From Schizochytrium sp. TIO01 (taxonomy: Eukaryota > Protista > Bigyra: Labyrinthulomycetes), in the NCBI GenBank assembly GCA_004764695.1, contig SMSO01000004.1:1-64000 (forward strand): a stretch of 64,000 nucleotides of DNA, given 5' to 3'. Positions 57,349 to 64,000 of the stretch are shown here, in pieces (within the stretch, counting starts at the first letter, position 1; each line of letters opens with the position of its first letter). The translations under genes and the position numbers were made by a program. The notes beneath the pieces were generated by a model, which saw only the letters and a list, made by a program, of their open reading frames with translations, ran no database searches and was not told the origin of the DNA.

Positions 57349-59397
57349 ATGGCTTCCGAGGGGACTCAAGAGAGCGTGCTGGAGGCGTCTGAGCGCACAG
57401 AGGCTGGCGAGGAGGACCCTCGTGAGCCCAATATTCAAGCAGAAAAGTCCTCAACTGCTGCAGGAGACAGCGCAGCAACTGTTGCTGCAGGTCTACAGGA
57501 TTTCGTGGCCAAGGTCAAGGCTACTTGGCTTCAAAGCGGGGAAAGCTCGAACAATAAAGACGATGACAATGCTGACAACAACAAAGATGCTAGTGAGTGT
57601 TCCACCAACACCGAGGCCAAGAAAAGCTGTGAGGATAACAATGAGCAGGACAAAGAAGATGATGGAACGGAGATCGAGATTGGGACCTCGTTTTGGGCCA
57701 AACTAAGCAATCCCGACAAATGGAGCGCCATGGCAGAGCGCGCGGGCCAGCGCAGCCTTTTCAGCTTTAATGGCGATGACAATGGAGCTGATAATAAAAT
57801 TGAGGCGGCGCTATGGTCGATGAAGCTAGGTGAGAAGAAAGAGGATAACTTTTTCCTCCTCATTGGCAAGCTCAAGCTCACGCTGGACCACGCCCAGGAG
57901 TTGCTTGGCAAAGAGATGTCTCTCACAGCACCGCAGGCTCTGCGAGCAATGTCCTTCCTCATGGGGTGCTGCGAAACATACATAGGAGAACACCCTGAGG
58001 TCATTCGGGAAATGGCCGAGAAGGATGGTGCCGAAAAAGCAAAGCAAGATATCCTTCTCGACGTGGACCAGTATATGGAGTTTGCCAATGCTGCATATGA
58101 TGAGTTTGACCCGGATGAGACCATTTATGAGTTCTTTGCACGCCGTGACTACACCTTAGTTTACTATGACCCCGCAACAGACTACGAACTTGCTGCGCAT
58201 TATGTTGCGTTTCAGCCAGACAAGAAAATCTGCATCGTAGGTATTAAGGGAACAAGCACAATTGGCGATGTTCTTACAGATATTCTTTGTCGATCAACAC
58301 CTTTCATCAGTGACAAAATGTTTGCACATGATGGAATCAAAATCACCGCGCAACGTGTAGCTGCTCGAGTTCAATCCTTTCTTCTGAATTTATTTGTACC
58401 TCTGGACTATGAGATTATTTTCACAGGTCACTCCTTGGGTGCCGGTGTTGCAGCACTTGTTGCAGTGATCTTTCGGGAGGCGCACCAGATCAAAAAGGTT
58501 CGTGCGCTTGCCTATGCTTGCCCGCCAGTGCTCGACAAGGAGGCCGCTTTGGGAACCTATGACTATATTACTTCGGTGGTCAGCAATCATGACATTATCC
58601 CTCGTACCTCCTTGAGTAACATGAATATCATGAGTGAGGCGCTTAAGCGAGTTAACAAGCGCCTTGAAGGGAGCGAGCAGGAGATCTCTGAGGATTCCAA
58701 TGCTCAGGGCGCTGAGCTTCTTCGAGAGCTATACGACTTGCAAGAAGAATACAAGCTGGCTTACGATCAAGACCTCTACGTGCCAGGGCGTCTGTTGTAC
58801 ATTTTTGCGCCAGATCAAAGTCAACGTTTCGCAGTAGAAAAGGACGGTGTTCTTTCTAACCTGCGACACATGCTTTTTACGCGAAGCATGGTCATGGATC
58901 ATTCTATGGATAATTATATCATTGAAATCCGCAACGCGCTCTTTGATCTATATAAATTGCATTCCGTCACCAGCCCAGCTTTAATTCCAGATACCCCGGG
59001 TGCGACTGTGACTGTCCCAGATCATGTTACAGTATTTAGTAAGGAGGATAACTGTGAGATCGTTTATTACCACATCCTAACCATTGTTGCGCGCGGACCC
59101 GAACATGTGAAAGAGTATCATGCTTATCGAAGGTTCACAGACTTTGATAAACTTTCAGAGGTTGTGCGCGAGGCAGAATTACAGCTCACAACCTCACTCC
59201 CTTCAAAAATTACAACACGTGACCCGAAAGCAAGAGCTAAGCAATTTGAGGCATATCTGACAGCACTCATCTACAAAGCTACACACAAGCGTTTACAGAA
59301 AATTCGTGATGCCCTTCGTGACTTTGTTGGCATGGGGGACACTCCATCGGCACCTGATTTTGTTCTCCAAGCGGTTCATGCTGCAAACTGCTACTAA
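57349..59397 (+). CDS. Class 3 lipase (DAG-lipase-like) with C-terminal PX domain, 682 aa
   Basis: IKGTST..DVLTD, AHDG, GHSLGAG, DIIPR and DHSM catalytic motifs; C-terminal YRRFTDFDKL..LPSK..R..FEAYL PX signature. Confidence 0.9.
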   Translation: MASEGTQESVLEASERTEAGEEDPREPNIQAEKSSTAAGDSAATVAAGLQDFVAKVKATWLQSGESSNNKDDDNADNNKDASECSTNTEAKKSCEDNNEQDKEDDGTEIEIGTSFWAKLSNPDKWSAMAERAGQRSLFSFNGDDNGADNKIEAALWSMKLGEKKEDNFFLLIGKLKLTLDHAQELLGKEMSLTAPQALRAMSFLMGCCETYIGEHPEVIREMAEKDGAEKAKQDILLDVDQYMEFANAAYDEFDPDETIYEFFARRDYTLVYYDPATDYELAAHYVAFQPDKKICIVGIKGTSTIGDVLTDILCRSTPFISDKMFAHDGIKITAQRVAARVQSFLLNLFVPLDYEIIFTGHSLGAGVAALVAVIFREAHQIKKVRALAYACPPVLDKEAALGTYDYITSVVSNHDIIPRTSLSNMNIMSEALKRVNKRLEGSEQEISEDSNAQGAELLRELYDLQEEYKLAYDQDLYVPGRLLYIFAPDQSQRFAVEKDGVLSNLRHMLFTRSMVMDHSMDNYIIEIRNALFDLYKLHSVTSPALIPDTPGATVTVPDHVTVFSKEDNCEIVYYHILTIVARGPEHVKEYHAYRRFTDFDKLSEVVREAELQLTTSLPSKITTRDPKARAKQFEAYLTALIYKATHKRLQKIRDALRDFVGMGDTPSAPDFVLQAVHAANCY

Positions 59398-59699
59398 AAT
59401 GGACATGTGCACGTAAAAAATTGAAGCTCGTTTCTCTTATTTCTTTGTAAATGGAAATTATATTGATATATTTTAAAATCCATCACATATTAATGCAGTT
59501 CATTTCATGGGACGGGAAAGAGATGACGATGGCGGCGAAACTCATCACACATCTTTCTACGACTTCACAATGGTCCAGCGGATGGGATGACCAAAAGCAG
59601 TCAAGCAGGATCAAAACAAGAAACAAGGAAAGCAAAAACTGAAGTATGAAGGAAAACAGTCAAAGAGTAAAGAATATCAAAGTAGCGCAAACAATCGAT

Positions 59700-60723
59700 T
59701 TAGTTACGGGGCTTCTCCTTCTTCTCCTTGTACAAGGCCCAGAGGGAAACACCGGCGACCTTGACGACCTTGAAACGGACACCAGGAATATCACCAACGG
59801 CGTGACCGGAACGACCGAAACCGGCAATGAGGACCTCGTCGTTCTCTGTGAAGTCGGAAAAGGAAAGAGCAGATTTGCATTTTCTGGTCAGTCATTCATG
59901 TTCAACACATACCCTAGAAAACTAAGCTTAACATGGCCAATAGACAAGAACTGGCCATGCAAACACGAGCCTGATTGATAAACAATCATGCAACTAAATC
60001 ACTTACCATCGACGAAGTTGAGGCAACCGTCACGGGGGACGAAGGCAGAGATCTTCTTGCCGTTCTTAATCCTGTAGATTCCATTACAAAAACAAAAAAC
60101 CACATGCACAGTTAGTTTTCACCAGCTCCATATTAAAATTGAACTCGCCTTCATCCTCATTGTCACACAGCCTCACTACATGCGAGAACTTTGTTTCCCA
60201 TGATCTGTTATGGCAACCAGTCGTTGGAAGCCAAGCTGACCAAGCCCAGATACACTGCATGCAAATTGTCCCTTCTTTAACTATCACACACGCATAACCC
60301 AGTGAACTACGTTGTTGACGTATATGATCAGAAGGACCGAACTCGCAAGTCATCATTTCTCAAAGAGCGCATCTCTCTCTACGAATCATTCTCAAATTCG
60401 CATGATATAATGCTTAACACCACTCTAGGAGCTCCAAGATGAAGAAACACGCTGCCGACGCCGAAGAAGAAGCCGTCTAAACCCGTAGAGAACAAAGGCA
60501 CTTACAACTGCACGCGGACACTCTTACGAATGGCAGAGTTAGGCTGCTTGGCCTCAATACCGATCTTCTCAAGCACGATACCCTTGGCCATGGAGGCTCC
60601 AGCCATGGGCAAGTTGTACTTGGTGTTGGAGTGAGCCTTGGCGAAGGCCTTCTTGGCCCATCGCTGAGCGCGACGGTGCAAGCGGTGCTTGCGGGCCGTG
60701 CGAATACCCTGCGGCTTGCCCAT
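59700..60723 (-). CDS. RPS23: 40S ribosomal protein S23 (uS12), 3 exons, 142 aa
   Basis: Exons 60506-60723, 60007-60071 and 59700-59845 with GTAAGT/CAG boundaries. Protein includes [34 protein letters not shown]. Confidence 0.97.
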
Positions 60724-61790
60724 CTTGCCTAAGCGACCTCAAGCGATCAACCTCCGCGATCAATCGACAATGTCTCGTAAAGTACTGCTGCTCCGCCGCC
60801 CTCTTTCCCTTTCCTCCCGCCTGCCACCCATCTCTGCCCCCTTAATCTGCCTAGGCATTCCACCTTAACGCCACCTTCGCGCCTCCCACTTTAAGGCGCC
60901 TCCGCAACCACGAAGCCATCAATCGAGAGCGCCGGAGCGCCGAAGTTTGTTTACCCTAACCTGACTTTCAGCAGAGGAAGCGCAAGTGGAGTATACGCGA
61001 ATTAAATAGAGTATAGGGAGGGGTAAGTGGGGTATAGGCGGAGGAAAGTAGGAATTGGAGGGGAAAGTAGGTTATAGCTGGGAGCCACTCGTGCGAGAGC
61101 AAGAGCGCCGCAGAGGCCAGCAACCCTTAAATTGCTCAGGCAGGAGAAGAGCCCACGCGGACTCTTCATCTGGGTACGTGAGCAGCGACCACCCCGGCGC
61201 CCCCTGCGGCGACAACGAACGCTACCGACCCACGCTTTTGCGGAGACGCAGGAAACGCCGCGAGTGAGATGGCGAGCTCGATGAGGTGATGATGATGAAG
61301 ATGAGATGGAGCCAAGACCAAGTTGACGACGCTCGTTTATGAATGTATGTATGTATGTAGCTCTTGTTGTTGTCATGAGCCTGCATGCACAGGACATTCG
61401 ACGTTCAACCAGAGGCTCTCGATGGTGGATAAAACACCTTTGAGTAAGCTGAGACAGAGGTACTCCGTCGCTTTCTCAACTTTTTGCTTGATGGAGTCAA
61501 TCTTCGCTCTTGCAAGTTAGTTGGCACTCTCATAGAATGAATAAGATCTTGGCCATGAAGACGTCAGTTTACAGCAGCTGTGTCTTTACACCGTATGCGT
61601 CAGGATCTAGTATTTAACCGAGATGTCAAACTTCATGCAGTCTCCTCCTCATCATCATCACTATTGTCTGAAGCGAGCTTCATTGAAATCTAATGCTCGG
61701 GTCTTCTGTGCAGTGATCAGTAACTAACGGTTTTGAACTTGAACACGTGTTTAAATTTTACAGGAAGCTTTCTCCACAACTTAAGCAAAC

Positions 61791-62138
61791 ATGAAGATCG
61801 TCGCTGCCTACATGCTCCTTGCCCTCGCTGGCAAGGAGGCCGTCTCCTCTGACGACATCAAGGCCCTCCTTGAGAAGGCCGGTGTTGAGGTCGATGAGGA
61901 GCAGCTCACCAAGTTCGCCGCCGGTGTCGAGGGCAAGAACATTGATGAGCTCATCGAGGAGGGCAAGTCCAAGATGAAGGCCATCCAGGGCGCTGCCGGC
62001 TCTGGCTCTGGTGGCTCCGGCGCCGCCGCTGGTGGTGCCGCCGCCGCTGCTGCCGAGGAGGAGGAAGAGGAAGAAGAGGAGGTCGACGTCGGTGGTGGCG
62101 ACCTCTTCGGCGGTGGTGGTGGTGGCGATGGCTACTAA
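61791..62138 (+). CDS. RPP2: 60S acidic ribosomal protein P2
   Basis: MKIVAAYMLLALAG N-terminus, Ala/Gly hinge and acidic tail. Probable 5'UTR intron from GTAAGT 61023 to TTTTACAG 61763. Confidence 0.92.
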   Translation: MKIVAAYMLLALAGKEAVSSDDIKALLEKAGVEVDEEQLTKFAAGVEGKNIDELIEEGKSKMKAIQGAAGSGSGGSGAAAGGAAAAAAEEEEEEEEEVDVGGGDLFGGGGGGDGY

Positions 62139-62327
62139 ACAGCCCCCCCTTCGTTCCCTATAACCCCTTAAAAAAACCAATTTTTTTTCTTTGCTGATTT
62201 CTTGTACAACATTTGTTTACCTTCATACGTACTGGCGTTTCATTCTTTCCGTAGACATGGAATCATCAGACCGGTAGCTGATCGACTGGTAAACCAAAGG
62301 CTTTGCTCTAGGAAAGAGTACTTGTCT

Positions 62328-62615
62328 CATAGTAGTGCGAGGTGGAAATACCTCATTTGTTTGGTGCTTTAAATCGTGGCATTACAGCATCAAAGTAGTA
62401 TACCTCGTTTGTTTGGTGCTTTAAATAATGGTGTCACAGCATCATAGTAGTGCGAGGTGGAAATACCTCATTTGTTTGGTGCTTTAAATCGTGGCATTAC
62501 AGCATCATAGTAGTATACCTCGTTTGTTTGGTGCTTTAAATAATGGTGTCACAGCATCATAGTAGTGCGAGGTGGAAATACCTCATTTGTTTGGTGCTTT
62601 AAATCGTGGCGTTAC
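62328..62615. repeat. Minisatellite: 115-bp higher-order unit (~2.5 copies) built from two related subunits
   Basis: CATAGTAGTGCGAGG at 62328, 62443 and 62558; core ATACCTC(A/G)TTTGTTTGGTGCTTTAAAT occurs five times. Confidence 0.88.
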
Positions 62616-62951
62616 AAGATTATAGCATTTCTCAATAAAATGTATTGTTCTTTATGAAGAATCTATTCGAGGCGCGACACAATTCAAGGCGTCCAAAATG
62701 GTGAACGCGAGTTGTTGTTCTGCAGGGGAAAATAAGCGAAGAGAAAAGCTGATTTGCGGAATCCAAGGTTCCCCCTATGCTAAATTCCCCAAACGTGTTT
62801 TTTTAGCACTTTCATAAATTGGCCTTTGCAGGGAACGACAAATTATAAACCATTGGTTGAAATTTAATTGCTTTATGTATATATAACGAAAGTAATGCAG
62901 AGATCGTCTGCTGAAATGAGGAGTTAATGAAGACAAATTGGAAACTCACGT

Positions 62952-63944
62952 TTACAACATCAGCTTCTTGGTACGCTCGATACTCGATGCAGCATCGTTC
63001 ACCAATGTTGAGAGGAGCTCCTCGCAGGAAGGCACGTCTTTAATAAGAGCAGTAACCTGACCCAAACTCCAAACACCCTCGTTGATGTCACCCGTCTCTT
63101 GAAATGCACGCTTGTATGCAGCGCCGCGCACGTAATCACGAATACGATCAAACTCGCCAGGGTGCTCGCGCTCTGTCTCAAGAATCTTCATTGCAGTCTC
63201 GTTCTTGTACACACGCTCAGTATTACGCATGGAACGCATGATAAGCGTCGTGCTCGACTCATCACCCTCCACAATAGCCTTCTTGATGTTCTCGTGAATA
63301 GCAGCTTCCTTGGTTGCCATAAAACGAGATCCCATAGCAATTCCTTGGGCTCCAAGGCTAAGTGCTGCGGCAAGCTGGCTACCAGTACCCATGCCACCAC
63401 AGGCGAGCCAGGGAATGTCAAGGTCTTGCTGAGCCTTTGCAAAAAGAACCCATCCTCCTACATCTGTTTCACCTGGGTGACCGGCTGCCTCGAATCCGTC
63501 AATGGAAACCATGTCCACACCCATGCGCTCGGCGGTCTTTGCATGACGTGTTGAGGTGCACTTGTGGATGATAGTCATATCATTGTCCTTGAAGAGCTTC
63601 ACAAACGGCTCAAGCCCCTTGTAGTGACCAGCAGTCTCCACGACCTTGATGCCCTCTTCTACCACCACATTAGCATACGCATCGTAGTTGGGCGGCTTGA
63701 GCATGGGGAGCAGCGTCATGTTTACGCCGAAAGGTTTGTTGGTGAGTTCTTTGGTTTTGCGGATTTCCTTGCGCAGATCCTCCGGAGAAGTCTGTGTCAA
63801 AGCAGTAATGATGCCAAGCCCTCCTGCATTCGAAACAGCTGCAGCCAACCCGGCATAACCTACATAGTGCATACCACCAAGCATGATGGGGTGCTTCACG
63901 CCTACCTTTTCGGTGAAAAACGTCTTGAAGACCTGTCGTGACAT
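62952..63944 (-). CDS. Nitronate monooxygenase / 2-nitropropane dioxygenase family flavoprotein, 330 aa
   Basis: HPIMLGGM, AAAVSNAGGLG, TNKPFGVN, EAAGHPG, ACGG and MGSRF motifs. Confidence 0.92.
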   Translation of the reverse strand: MSRQVFKTFFTEKVGVKHPIMLGGMHYVGYAGLAAAVSNAGGLGIITALTQTSPEDLRKEIRKTKELTNKPFGVNMTLLPMLKPPNYDAYANVVVEEGIKVVETAGHYKGLEPFVKLFKDNDMTIIHKCTSTRHAKTAERMGVDMVSIDGFEAAGHPGETDVGGWVLFAKAQQDLDIPWLACGGMGTGSQLAAALSLGAQGIAMGSRFMATKEAAIHENIKKAIVEGDESSTTLIMRSMRNTERVYKNETAMKILETEREHPGEFDRIRDYVRGAAYKRAFQETGDINEGVWSLGQVTALIKDVPSCEELLSTLVNDAASSIERTKKLML

Positions 63945-64000
63945 GGTATTTTTGTGTCTTGTCTTAACCTCCCTAACTATGCCACCGCTTTGCTTGCGCA

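Noticed and set aside
60072-60505. Possible C/D snoRNA in RPS23 intron 1 (ATGATGA..CTGA at ~60328-60356, minus)
   Set aside because: No matching complementarity found by eye in this window's rRNAs and no clear terminal stem; needs snoscan or Infernal.
62328-62615. Repeat-spacer appearance resembling a CRISPR array
   Set aside because: The 'spacers' alternate between two recurring sequences, so it is a higher-order minisatellite.

Overview
This window is the left end of a chromosome from a thraustochytrid (Labyrinthulomycetes). The 18S sequence and TTAGG telomere point to Aurantiochytrium, probably A. limacinum or a close relative (recognised by eye, not by database search). Order from the end: (CCTAA)n telomere plus a (CCTTA)n variant block; AT-rich subtelomeric arrays of ~371, ~530 and ~413 bp, interrupted by an intact, very young Ty1/copia element and a 228-bp solo-LTR-like insert; one 18S-5.8S-28S rDNA unit transcribed toward the telomere; a ~385-bp tandem array; a 5S rRNA gene; an accessory zone; then housekeeping genes. 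The accessory zone holds a Crinkler/RHS-type NTPase pseudogene, an MGC-starting PD-(D/E)XK-like protein, two divergent paralogues sharing an unnamed domain, and a FAAL-ACP-NRPS-terminal-domain gene with one frameshift. The housekeeping genes are a class 3 lipase with a PX domain, RPS23, ribosomal P2 and a nitronate monooxygenase. Main result: the ~385-bp 'satellite' (25.4-31.5 kb), which the ORF track misreads, is on the minus strand a spliced gene. It has a short ATG exon followed by 16 intact 84-nt, phase-2/phase-2 exons, each encoding one 28-aa ribonuclease-inhibitor-type LRR. Introns and LRR scaffold are nearly identical between units, while the residues at the ligand-binding beta-strand edge are hypervariable and mosaic. 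This is the signature expected of a diversifying, exon-cassette variable LRR receptor sitting between the rDNA and 5S at a telomere.
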